Below, in pieces: positions 26,894-38,891 of a DNA stretch of 64,000 nucleotides. Positions within the stretch are counted from its first letter, which is position 1, and each line of letters opens with the position of its first letter. The notes under the pieces are model-generated. The model searched no databases. It was not told the origin of the DNA and saw only the letters and a list, made by a program, of their open reading frames with translations. Origin of the DNA: Blepharisma stoltei ATCC 30299 (taxonomy: Eukaryota > Protista > Ciliophora); NCBI GenBank assembly GCA_965603825.1, contig CBFDEM010000038.1:310001-374000 (forward strand), written 5' to 3'. The position numbers were made by a program, and so were the translations under genes.

Positions 26894-29137
26894 ATGGAAC
26901 CTCTTGTAATTCAAGAGCAAATTATTGAAAAAGAGTCCACAAAACTCGTCTCATCCCTCGAAAAAAGTAACCCATAAACAGAAAATTACGACATGATTGG
27001 GTCAAATGGCGTTTTCGAAGTGAAGCCTTCAGTTCTCACATTTGCAGGATATGAAATCAAAAAATGCCAAACAAAAAAACTGCTGATCAAAAACATCTCA
27101 GGCACCCCTCAACGCATGAGCATTTTACCTACAAACACTCCTTTTTTCAAGCCTAAATACAATAAACGAGGCCAGCTTGCTCCAGGGATGTCAGAAGTTG
27201 TGTATATCCAGTTCACTCCTCCAGAATGGAGATATTACTATGACTGCATACGATTTTTAAGCCCAGGCGGGAATTTAAATATTCCAATCCATTCTTATCC
27301 CGTCATGAACAAAAAAGAGCGATATTTGCCTGCACTTTTAGATATGGGGAAATGCAACATAGGGGAAACAATTACCAAAAAAATTGATCTAGAAAGCACT
27401 GTTCCTGTAGCTTTTGAGTATGAATTGAGATTTGTAGAAGAAAATAACGATTTTAGAATAGACCCACTCAGCGGAGATGTTCCAGGGCAGGATAAAGCAG
27501 AAATTACTATCACTTATGAACCAAAAGCAGCGTCAACGTCCACATGTGAAGTGGAGCTTAGGCTAAGTGAGTTTGATTATCGGCCAATTACGATGAAACT
27601 TATTGCTTCAGGGATGCACAAACAAATGGAAACCCCTATGATGTCACGAATCGACTCATCTCCTATCATAAATAGAACACTTCTAAAAGGAAATAAAGAA
27701 ACCTCCTTTGAAAGAGCCCCTAAAAAACTGCCTGAAATAGTCCCAAAACCATCAAAAACTTTAACAAAGTTCGCACAAATGCTAGTTAAGCCAAAACTTA
27801 TAGACAGAGTTATATATGAACAGCAATTTAATACAGAATATCGCAAGCTTGAAGAAGGTGATAGAGAAAAAGAATTTAAAATATACCAATGCATAGGAAA
27901 CCCTCATCCCTCAGAAGAGTTGATAAAAGAAATAATAGATTTAAGAGCAGAAAAAGACTACAATAAAAATGAAGAAATGAGGAATAAAGACTGTATGAGA
28001 AATGCACACCAGGTAGATCAAGATAAGCCTATTAATGATGTTAGCTTTACACCGCTTAAAAAACCGACCTGGGATCCCTACCAAAATGATGAATTCAGTT
28101 TAAGACAACTCCCTTTGCATAGACTTGTAAGAGCTGCAAATAAAGTAATGGTGCAGCTTAGAGTTTCTAAAAGAATTGAAATGATCAAAAAAGTATTGAC
28201 TGAGCATAAGGTCAATAATAGAGAAGATGCCAAAAAGTTTGTAGCTTGGGATTGAAAAAGAGCAGATTTAATAGGAATTGGGAATAAGGATTTTATTCCA
28301 TTCGAGTTTACTATTAGTCAAGATGAAATAAAAAAATATGAATTTCCTACTGAATATGAAGAACATTTAGATGAATTTAAACAGAAAATTGATATCGAGC
28401 CTTTAAGCGCTTTTGAGTCAATTCAGCCTTTAAAGCTAATCGAAACACAAGATTTCTTGATAGCTGGCTATAATGACTTTTTGCCCCCTCCTGTTAGCCA
28501 CTATATCCCAATAGAAAAAGAAAGAGAATTCCGAGCTGGAGCTGAAGAAGAATACTCTATATGTTTAGAAAGAGGCGAATTTCGAGATGATCCAGTCCTT
28601 TCTGTGCCTAATTCCTGTCTAAAACCTATGGTAATTGATGCTGTTGGATTAGTAAGGCCTCATCCTACTTTAAGAACTTACCTTACCTTATCAGCTTTAA
28701 CTGAAACTTCTCCTGAATTCAGCTTGCTACCTAAAGAATTTCCAAGAGACTATCCTGAAGAATACCCAGGCTTTACCCAGCCTTCTCTATCATTTTTAGC
28801 TCAAAAATGGAGACCAAAGTATAACTATTCATCTCCGCAGTTGCCAGAAAAGCTTAAAGGGATGAGACCTGCTGAAATATTGAGCGACTCAGACTCAGAA
28901 AGCGAAAATACATTTGCGATGGATGTACCTGTGCTTGATCAGTACTTAGCAAGCTTTGAAAATGACGATGAAGCATTAAAAGGAGAAAAAGTAAATGCGA
29001 AAGAAATAGCAATGAAGACATTGTGTGAAGAAATTACTAAAGGGAGACAAAAAGATTCAGCTTGGTTGCCAACTCAACTTGTGGCGGCAAATAAACAGAT
29101 TTCTGATCCAGATCATAAAGTTTCAATTTTTAACTAA
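26894..29137 (+). CDS. CFAP221: Central-pair ciliary protein CFAP221/PCDP1
   Basis: ATG 26894, 15-nt intron 26967-26981, TGA 28253-28255. ASH/Ig-like domain with F.GY, LAPGMS, FTPPEWRYYYDCIR, IPIHSYPVMN. Confidence 0.88.
26967..26981 (+). other. 15-nt spliceosomal intron (GTAACCCATAAACAG)
   Basis: Contains in-frame TAA; removal links ATG 26894 to the CFAP221 ORF. Confidence 0.8.
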
Positions 29138-29259
29138 TATAGTTTTGTGATGACTAATAAGGATATAGGAAGCTATAAATTTGGAAAATAATTCATAGAT
29201 TTCTAAGAATCAATAAGATTTTGCAAATTTATAAATAATTCTAAAGATATGAGGAAAAA

Positions 29260-29856
29260 TTAAACTTTACTCCCATTGAGCACTTTGCATACCCCTGAAC
29301 TTCTGTATTTTTCAGCCAAATCGACAGCTGTCTTTCCGCCATTATCTTTTATCCACTTATCAGCTCCATTCTTCACCAAAATTTCTGCAATTTTTTCTTT
29401 ATTATTAATAGCAGCAACCATCAATGGTGTTCACCCTTCCCCAATTTCTTGGACATCAAAATCTGGCTCATATTTAATCAAAAATTCAAGCATTATTTCA
29501 TTTCCTGTTTGTGCAGCAATATGGGATAGGGTTCAGCCAGACTGATTTAAAGGAAAATCCACTGGGAAGCCAAGCCCTATATGAGCATTGACCACGTCTA
29601 ATTCGCCTCTATAAGCTGCATTAAGGACTTCTTGTACATGTTTTATTGCATAGGAGTCAAAAGTAGACATTGAGGATCGATTTGTGCTGTTTCTGTTGTT
29701 AGATCGGATCGTGTTTCTTGTGTGGAATTCTTCAATAGCTTTTGTCATATCGTTGTTTCTGTCAAGAGATGCTGTGACTTGCTCTTGGCAGCTTGGCTGC
29801 AAGGCTGGGCGCTTTTTTTGCCTTTTTGACTGAGATTTAGAGCAGGTTTCTCCCAT
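29260..29856 (-). CDS. Ankyrin-repeat protein with N-terminal acylation motif (198 aa)
   Basis: Reads through two TGAs giving GWTLSHIAA and GWTPLMVAA, then GKTAVDLA; MGETCS start; TAA 29260-29262. Confidence 0.88.
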
Positions 29857-30069
29857 TAGATTAATTCACCTGAATTTAAAATAAGCCTATTTTGAGGAAT
29901 TTAAATGTTTCTAATAAAAAATAGTCTTGTCATTTTCGGCTGCCAAAATAATGTGTGTTTAATAATTATATTTAATTGGTGAATTTTTAGGCTGCATATT
30001 TGATTTATGAATATATCAAATCGCCAATATACTGAATGAGAAAATTAAATTATCTATAAGGATAATTAA

Positions 30070-30669
30070 CTAATTACCTTTCTTGTTCTTCTCTGAGTAA
30101 ATTATATAAAGCATGCGAGATTCTACAAGAATGGCTAAGTAATATATTATGCATATCACCACAGTCAAAACAAGCCCAGTCATACTTCTCTCCAACACTG
30201 CATAACCTAAATAAGAAATAGAAGACCCCCAATACATAGGATCCCCACACACTGAGTAAGGGAATGCAGTGACAGGCTCAGAAAGTGTAAAAATCCCAAA
30301 ATAATCTCCCAAAAAGGTGGCAAAAAATCCAAGCCTGTAGAACGAAGTCCACACAAACATTTGTCCAATTCCTATCAAAAGATAAGCAAGAATATCTGTA
30401 AAAAAGGAGTCATGAGCGAGCTTAGGTTGCTCATCAATTGCTTGATGGAAGAGTGTAGTCCTGATTGCGTTTAAAAAGAGGATTAGGAGAGCTGTTGCAA
30501 AACAGGCCACTTTTTTCTGGTTTCCGAAGAGAGTAGAGACCAGGTGCCATCGGTATTCAACTTGTGCTAATATATTCCATGCAATCGGGTTGAGAGCCAT
30601 CATGCCTGCAGCATAATAGAGAGTCGAATTCCTAAGGTTAATTAGGTCCATATTTATAAAATCGTCCAT
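30070..30669 (-). CDS. PEMT: Phospholipid N-methyltransferase (PEMT/Opi3 family)
   Basis: NPIAWNILAQVEY, LGFFATFLGDYFGI, VTAFPY....PMYWGS; four TM segments; KKxx-like ER retrieval end (NKKGN). Confidence 0.93.
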   Translation of the reverse strand: MDDFINMDLINLRNSTLYYAAGMMALNPIAWNILAQVEYRWHLVSTLFGNQKKVACFATALLILFLNAIRTTLFHQAIDEQPKLAHDSFFTDILAYLLIGIGQMFVWTSFYRLGFFATFLGDYFGIFTLSEPVTAFPYSVCGDPMYWGSSISYLGYAVLERSMTGLVLTVVICIIYYLAILVESRMLYIIYSEKNKKGN

Positions 30670-30793
30670 AAATCAAGCTATCGCAAAAGCGATTTTTTTA
30701 TCTTTAAACTAGAATCAATTTTTAATCTCAGAAATTTGTGGTTTAAGGCTTTAATTGTTTTTACGAATTTGAAGTTTTGTAAGCATCAAATAA

Positions 30794-31906
30794 ATGGAAG
30801 AAGAAGCAGAGCTCATAAAAACTGGATCTCTTTCAGGTCAGTTTCCTGAGAATCTTATCAAAATTAAAACAAAAGAACTCGAGATTCTTAGAGCAGAGCT
30901 TGCTTTACTTTTGCAGGAATACAATCTTCTTAAAAATAAGCAAAAGCCTGAAGCGCACTTCATAAGTGAAATTCCAAAACCTCAGGAATTATTAGAAACA
31001 AAGCACTCAATTGAAAGCTCTCCAAACTCAACTAATTCAATCAAGAATGAAGAAGACAAAGTAGAAAAACTCAAAAGAAAAATTGGGCAAACGACATTTG
31101 GTAAGCTCTAGCTAGATTCTCTAAGAGAAGTTTTCTTGATGTATTCTGGCGTTCAGAATTATTTGCTAGTTGATAAGCTTGAAAGCATGCTTTTTAATCG
31201 GTTTCTTGCTGATTTTAATCTTTATAACTCTTTAGTCACAAAAGCGCAGGCTGATGTATATTTCTTTAAAGGGCTCAAAGGAGGAAGATCAATCAATTTT
31301 TGGAGGTTCGTAGAGATTTTAATAAAATTAGCAAAAATTGATTATCCAGACAAGGAGAAATATAAAGCACTTCAAGACTATGCAACTGAAAAGATAGAGC
31401 CTAGGCTTAACAATGAAAAAGATAAGGCCAAGATTAAAAGGCTCCATGAGATTTATTTATCACAAGAAGTCAAAGGATTTATTAATGCAAATAAAGGGCT
31501 ACTTGAGGATATTTATGAAAGATATAAAAGTAGTGATGTAGTTCATGCGAATAGAATGAGAATCCAAGGATTTGTAAATTTATTAGCTAAGTATGAATTT
31601 ATCCCGAGCCATATTTCAAGCCCACTTGCTGCTTTATTATTTAGATCAGTCCCTTCAACTTTACTATTTAATGATTCTCTTCTATACGAAGGTTTTGTGG
31701 AAGCTTGTGTATATGTTGCCTTAGAAATATATGAGGGCCCTCAATTTAGTTCTTTTGGATTATCCCCTGCTCAGTGCTTAAAGACATGGATTGATTACTT
31801 GATACCTCGCTTTGAAGAATATATAGAAGTTTCTAGTAAGGAAAGCAAGCCTAAAGAATCCAGCCCAAAGTTGAAAGAAAATGGAGAGAAGTCTGCAGAA
31901 GTTTAA
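30794..31906 (+). CDS. Coiled-coil protein with two p25-alpha/TPPP-like (EF-hand-like) helical repeats
   Basis: 15-nt intron 31101-31115 joins the two track ORFs. LREVFLMY...F.RFL.D...TKAQADVYF.K...RSINFWRFVEILIKLA..YP is followed by a second similar unit. Confidence 0.65.
31101..31115 (+). other. 15-nt spliceosomal intron (GTAAGCTCTAGCTAG)
   Basis: Contains in-frame TAG; flanking ORFs are in the same frame. Confidence 0.85.
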
Positions 31907-32343
31907 ATAATTGGTTAAAACTATAAATTACCTTATAATGTAAGCTTTTGAATCCTTATATATTGACCATACCAAAAAGGGTAATTCTAGAATGCTTTAA
32001 AAATTATAAAATTGAATTTATTTCTTGAGCTTTGGAATTCAGATAAAGCGCTTAATTTTCTTTAGCTTTCAGAAAAAATCAATAAGATATTAGCCTTCAC
32101 TAATAAATTATAGTGGTTTCTGGTTATAAAATATTAAATATATCAAAGTCTCAAGCTTTCTCCAAAGTTTCTCAATTTATAGTCAATATTTATTAAAAAC
32201 ATGAGAGTTTCCAAATTATTAAATATATTCAACACCTCCTAATTCCAAGCTTATGTCATTAGCATTGTTCTGAAGATAGCTAATATCAGAAACATTTCTA
32301 AATACAAATAAAATGTCATTATTTTTTATACTATTTAAGCCTG

Positions 32344-34002
32344 ATGCTCCCTCAGCCTCTTATCTTTGAGATTGTTTCTTATCTATCCTTACCTGACCTG
32401 TTTACAATGGCCCAAGTTAATAAGTCTTTCAATAAAGCAGCTGAGACTCCTTCACTTTGGAAAAGGGAATTTCTGAAAATATGAATTCAAGATGACGGCT
32501 TAAACTCTCAACTAGACTACAATACCCACCGCTATTGGAAACAATTGTGTATAAAAGGACTTAAATCTCAAAATAATTGGAAAAAACTACCTGGACGGCT
32601 CTTCACGCATGCTGAAATTTCTCTCCTTTATAATGAGCTCCAAGGCGTATTAAAATCTCCTGCAATCCCTATTATTTCATTTCGCAGAGATATAAACACT
32701 TTCCCAACTTTATTGCAGGACATATTCGGAAATCCTCAGGATCAACATTCAGAAGATATGGATATAGACACCATTCAGACCTTTGAAGATTATTTGAATT
32801 CTGCAGGGAATTGCTTGTGCGCTGAAATTCGGAATGCATCAGATTTAACCTTATTAGCCGCTTCTAGATGGAACTTGATATCAACTGATGCCATTTGTGA
32901 AGAAAGGCCTAGTGACAGCTCTGAATCAACCTGTGACACTGATGAAGAGGTTTCATGCAAATTTTCTTATAAAAGCACCAAAAGCTTTTTATTGGAATTT
33001 TATATTTGTCTGAAAAAATCAATTGAACTGTTTTGTGAAGGGATTTCATATTTTTTGTTAGAAAGTAATGATATTTTGAATGATTATTTGCAAGTGTGGA
33101 ATAATTTTGCAGCTTCAGCTAAAAATGCCAATGAATTATTTTATCCTTTGGTAGAAATGATAAATGAAGTTTATGAAGCTAAATTTGGAGAAGTTTTGGA
33201 TGCTCCGAGAATGAGTTTGATAAGAATGATGATTGCTGGTTGGAGAAGGATTGTTTTTGAAAGAGTGCAAGAAAAATTGATAAGTCAGATAGTGAAAATG
33301 ATTGAAAGTGTAAGGAAATTGATTTTTGAAGGAAAAGTGGATTATTTGGCTGTAGATAGTTTAAAGAGCATCGTAGATGCAATTATGGATATTAGCTTGA
33401 ATGAACTTACAGTATACTTTAAAAGCCATTCTAAATTGCAGTTGGAAGGGCCATATTTGGCTCTTCATGAAGAAATTTTAGCAGCATCATTTGATAGTTA
33501 TTCTGAACTTGCTTTACAACCACTTGATCTGGCAGTATTTTTTGAAAAAGAGAGCAACCTCTTATTTTCTTTCCTACCGAATTCTACAATATGCATGCTA
33601 AATGAGCTAAAAATCAAGATTTTAATCAATAATCTTCAAAAATCTCTTTCTAAAGAGTTCCTATTATTCAATCAAGCCCCATTTGCAGCCTCTCAAAAAT
33701 ACAATTCAAATGAAATCACAGCCTTTTTATATGCAATTGATCCAAATCCTTCTAAGATCTCATCATTTTTGGATTTTTGCTTCGGTAACGAAAAATTAGT
33801 AAAAATTACCCAAATGCTTGAGTTTCTAAGCAAAAATCCTTATGATGAAACAATAATTGAAGAAGATTTAATCATAGAGCGAAGAGCCACTCTTGCAGGA
33901 ATTCCTATAAATATACAACCAGAAAAGCTTTTTTTATTTTCAACTTGCCAAGACCTGACATATCCTCAGTTAAAAAATATTTTAAAAGCATATGCAGTTT
34001 AA
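32344..34002 (+). CDS. F-box protein with a cullin-repeat-like helical domain (552 aa)
   Basis: ATG 32344: LPQPLIFEIVSYLSLPDLFTMAQVNKSFNKAAETPSLWK (F-box), TGA at 32482, then track ORF 32545..34002 with YLQVWNNF...LF.PL...WRRIVFERVQEKLISQIVKMIESVR...LKSIVDAI. Confidence 0.8.
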
Positions 34003-34045
34003 TGGTTGTTATTTAACCAATTTTCGCTCTAATTTCTTCAATTAA

Positions 34046-34741
34046 TTATTCTAATTTGTTAATAGCATATGTTAATGCTTGAATTTTTTGAATGCAGCTT
34101 TGAATTAAACTTGCGTAAAGAGCCCTTTCGTCTTGGATTAATTGGACTCTGATCCTTAATGCAGGGTCAACTTGTTTAGAAGGATCGTCAATATCTAGCT
34201 TAAACCACCCTTCTTTTACTCTTTGGTCTGATAAATCATTTAAATTTATTTCGAAACCTCCAAAAAGATGGGTTTCTGACGAGTTTTCTCTGGATCATAC
34301 ACGGAATGAAAGACTTGTGAAGTTGTCTAGGCTCTGTTTTAGCTCAAATAGTCGGTACCAGTATGGCTTGTAAACATCAGATGCATTAGTTTCACATGTA
34401 GGACCTTTAGGCTCTAATTGAACAGTAACATATGGCTGTCCTCGAGTAAAGCAAAGACCTTTTGTGTAGAGACTAACACCTTTTTGGATTTCTATATTTA
34501 ATTCAGGGATTTGTGGCTGCCCTGCAGTAACTGAGTCTATTTTGGTTTGAAATTCCAGTATTTTTCTTTGGTATAGTTTCAGTTTTTCTTCTAATCCTCT
34601 TTTATTGGTATCTTCTGCGATAGTTTGGTCGATAGTCCTTTCATAAGGAATACTTATAAAACTTTGATCATTTTTTGCGTTATAATCTTTCATGTGCTGC
34701 TCTAGCTCACTTTTTGATATTCGACTTGCGCAATCTCCCAT
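34046..34741 (-). CDS. C2-domain protein with N-terminal acylation motif and flanking coiled coils (231 aa)
   Basis: MGDCAS start; QPYVTVQLEP...T....KPYW..LF...LSFRV-W(TGA 34295)...FGGFEINLNDL.DQ.V.EGWF.L; TAA 34046-34048. Confidence 0.8.
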
Positions 34742-34978
34742 ATTAATTAGAAAAAATAAAAACGCTTGAATAAGCTACATTATTAATAGAGTAAAATAGC
34801 TCATTCAAATTTATATCAAGTCATAGAGATAAGGCAATAAAAGTAGATTTTACTCGATTAAAATTATAGATTTCATAGAAAGTTTAAGAAACATATTATC
34901 ATCTTAATTTTGAGATTCCAACAAGCATGCTAATAGGGTAATTTCTGAATTTTAAAATGACTTCCTATTTTTTAGTAA

Positions 34979-36313
34979 ATGGTAGAAACTTCCGAACAAT
35001 TCAACATAAAAATCCTTACATTCGATCTGCAGCTCTTAGAAGCCTCTGTTTTTCCGAATACCCTAATCTCAGATTTAAAAGACAAAATATGTGCCCAATC
35101 TCAGATCCCAATCGACAGACAAAGACTCCTTTACAAAGGTAAATTGCTTAAAAACCGCCAATCACTCCTAGATCTTAATGTAAATAGAGACAGTATATTA
35201 TTCCTCGTCGCCAACCTTTTCCCAGAAGTCCGGACAGTTGAAGACGATCTAATTAATAATCAATTCGCTGACATCGCTCTTTCCTCTTTAGAGAACACCC
35301 AAACCATTCATATATCTCGAGGTGGAAGAAATAGAAGAAGAGAAGTCACCAGAGCCGAAAAAATTGAATCAATTCAGCAAAGCCTCACAACGATAAATAG
35401 CCTAATTCAATGCATGAATAAAAATTATAATGAAAATCAAGCATTCGATATAAACAAAAGAAAATTTATTATAGGGCAGTGGGTAGACGTAAAAGACACA
35501 GCTGACAATTGGCTTGAAGCCCAAGTTATAGATACAGCTGATACTGAAGAAGATGGCGAGCAGGTGCTTATACATTATAATGGATGGGACGAAAGATGGG
35601 ACGAGTGGATTAATATTTCGTCGCCAAGGATTCAGCCGTTAAGAACACAAACTTTTCAGTCACTAAACAGTCCAACTCAGTCTCCCTTTTTGCAATATCC
35701 AGCTGATTCTCCAGGACTAAGATTTTCTTCTAGTTTAAAAGACTTGCTGCCTCAGACGCTAAAATCAATTGATTTTATTCAAAATTTGATGGACGATTTC
35801 TATACATTGAGTATAATTCTAAAGCATGAACAAGCTAGCGAAAGAATAGGCCCGCTTCAAAATAGGATTCACGTAATGCATTTAGAAGAAGAAAAAGAGT
35901 GAGAATCTGAGCCTGTTTCAGAAGCAACACTTGGGTCTGAAGAAGAGGATTATTTAAGCTGTGAAATGGATGAAAGATATTCAGAAAGGATAATGCTTGA
36001 AAATCATTCGTTTGGGAATCATTTTGAAAAAATAGAATGCAATGAGCAGAGATTTGGACTACTTACGATGCAGATTTCACCGCTTATGGATAGGATTGGG
36101 AGAGTTTTGGCAGACACTGCAGCTATGATTGATAGAGGGAATAGGCAAAATAATCAGGATATAGATCAAGAAAGAGAAAATACTGGAACTGAGTCTTCAA
36201 GCTTAAGTCCTATGCCTTCTCAAGCGGAGCTTTTTTCAAGAGAGCCTGGAGTTGATATACATATCCACGCTATATTTTTAGCAGGATCAAATGATCGATA
36301 TCCTTCTGAATAA
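34979..36313 (+). CDS. Ubiquitin-like domain + Tudor/MBT-like barrel protein with a BAG6/Scythe-like C-terminus (444 aa)
   Basis: UBL (IKILT...LKDKI...IP.DRQRLLYKGKLL); GQWVDVKDT..WLEAQV...VLIHYNGWDERWDEWI..SPRI; TGA 35900-35902 links to PLMDRIGRVLAD and DIHIHA. Confidence 0.75.
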
Positions 36314-36606
36314 TAAGAAAATTCATAAATGTAATGATAAGGCAATGCAATTCTCTTGGTGATAATTTAGCCTAATTTAATTAGCTTAGAAGTTTCTTTT
36401 ATTCTATAAAAGCCAATGATTTCATTTTTGATTTGTAAATAAACAGCTTCATAAATTACGAATAAAAGTAGGCTCCTGAAATTTTATAACTAAAAGAGTT
36501 TAATTTTTTTCATAATCATTTAATTTAAGAAAATTAAATCCTGCTTTGCCTAATCTTTTCTAATCATCTCTCTCAAATTTACTGTAAAATTAAATTTCAA
36601 TATAAA

Positions 36607-37110
36607 ATGAGCAGATTTTGCAAGAATTGGTAATATTAATACAGCGAAAAAGAAATCTCTGAAGACGTTTTCATGCTGCACGAGGCTCATTGTGAGCGAT
36701 TTCTTTGCAAGTGTCCCGAATGCGGAGAAGCAGTACCAAAGTCATTCAAAGATCAGCACATTCAAGATGTCCATCCAAAAGAAAAGTGTCCATTCTGTTA
36801 TGACTTAATTGAAAAGAGCAAGCTTGAAGCCCATAAATTAGTTTGTGATAGCAAACCAAGACCATGTGAGCATTGTGGAGCCATCATGGAAATCAGCCAA
36901 ATGATTGATCACGAAGATGCTTGTGGAAATAGAACAGAACAGTGCGATATATGCCAAAAATTCATCACGCTTAAAGCTATGCCTGAACATATTTTTCAAT
37001 GCATGGAAAACCTTGATAAACCAAATTCCAATGCAAAAAAGAGAAAGCCAAATGAAGATGCAAAAGCACCGAGAAAGAGAATGAAAAGGAATAAAAATGA
37101 TTGGGATTAG
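36607..37110 (+). CDS. TRAF-type zinc-finger protein (XAF1/TRAFD1-like)
   Basis: ATG 36607; intron 36630-36644 restores C-K-N-C of the first finger; five C2HC/C2H2-like units; basic tail. Confidence 0.85.
36630..36644 (+). other. 15-nt spliceosomal intron (GTAATATTAATACAG)
   Basis: Splits a Cys codon (TG|C) of a zinc-finger CxxC; contains in-frame TAA. Confidence 0.9.
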
Positions 37111-37823
37111 GATTTGAAGATTAAATATTTCATATCATTTGAAAATTTTCAAACGTTTTATATTTAATAAGTTAAGTTTTATAAATATTAATTATTTATT
37201 TAGACAGTTATAACCCTTCTAGAGGGCCAATATAAATTTATCTGATAACCAAATAGCAGGAATTATAATCATTATGATTTTTTGAATTAATAGGTATGCG
37301 AGATACTGCTTTATTGCAGTAACTTTAATCAATTATAATTACCATTTTTACTTTGCATAAGACAGTCAAAACGTGATATAATTGATCGTTTCTTTATAAG
37401 TTATTTATAAATAAAAATAATTTAATAATTGATTTTGATAATTGAAAAAAATTGTTATGAAAGAAAGAATATTGAAGAAACAATTAAGAATTAGTATTTA
37501 ATCCGTATTTTAATTTTTTTAATGAAGAAATAGATCTGATAAATAATAAAATAATAACTCATCTTTTGGCAGCAACCTTTGAATTTCATCGGTTACATAT
37601 TGACGAATAAATTAAAAAGGAAAAGTTTTACAATTCCTGATTATTCTAACTATATTATAGAGCTTTTGTGAATCTATCTCGGAGGGAAAATAAGCATCTC
37701 CAGTATTAGAAGCATATTTTGCATTGAAAGTATATGCAAAGAAATTATAATTTGATTTTTAAGAATTATAATATCGAATAGAATAGTTAAATTATCTGCA
37801 CTGAATGCAGCTTATTTTAATGT

Positions 37824-38273
37824 TTATTGTTGAGGAGCTTTGATTGGAGGCAAAGAAATCAGTGGCTGATCCATTGAGGATGGCTCTGGATAATTATAAT
37901 TTACACTTTCTGATAAAAATTCTGCTTTAAGCAATAGGGAAGTTAGCTATATAAATTTTACCTTTAAGTATATTGTTTCTGAACTTGTGTTTGACAAGGT
38001 CCGAATAGCCGTATGGACTCTTCTATGAGCGGAAAGCTGACTACCTTGCCTGAATGTCTGCCCACAGCCAGGCTCCTTACAAACATATGGTTTTTCACCG
38101 GTGTGGATGTACATATGTTCTTTGAGGTTTTGCTTAGAGGACAAAATTTTTCTACACGATTTGCATTGGTAGTTGTTTAGAATACTATTTCCAAAAAGTC
38201 CTTTTTCGTTGCCTTGATTTTTTTGGTGAAATCGAGTGCTTGCTGAAACTGGGTTATCTTGGGATTGTTCCAT
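37824..38273 (-). CDS. Two-finger C2H2 zinc-finger transcription factor
   Basis: CKSC..H...HTGEKPYVC..PGC..F.....L..H...H. The apparent stop lies in a 15-nt intron (37947-37961); splicing adds 40 codons (LTSLL...LPPIKAPQQ) to TAA 37824-37826. Confidence 0.85.
37947..37961 (-). other. 15-nt spliceosomal intron (GTAAAATTTATATAG)
   Basis: Matches the consensus; the downstream sequence is coding-like and open in frame. Confidence 0.75.
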
Positions 38274-38891
38274 ATTATTAGTACTGAATTCGCTGGCTGA
38301 TAAAATGGTTTTGATAAATAAAGTATAAGTTGTTATATCATATTCTAATTTAATTTATTATCCGCTCGCTAATAAATATCTTTTCGCATTTTAAAATTTT
38401 TTATTATTATAGCCTAATAGTACGTTTTTAAAAACTAATTTAACTTATATAAAAAATCTAAATTAAAATATTTAAATCTTAACCATCCACATATAGGAAA
38501 AATAATAATTTTTTTGTTTGACTTATATTTCTTTAATTGATAGGATATATTTTCTGGCTGTCAAAAAAAACCATTTTGTAAAGGTATTTTGATAAACATG
38601 GCCTTTCATATTTATTATTATATATCCATTTTATGATAATAATTTGAAATAATAAAGAAAATCTTCACTAATCATGTAAAATTAAATTTAAGAATAATAT
38701 GCAATAAAAGTTTGAAAAAAATAATAAAATATTTCCAATTTTGATTAATTATTATAGTTTTGAAAATAAGCTAAATGTTTTTGTGTGAACTTAAAAATAT
38801 AATTAAAGCATAAAATAATCATGATAATTATTTTTCTAATTATAGAAATTTAATCCTTAATTACAAATATAATCAACTAGTAAAAATTAAT

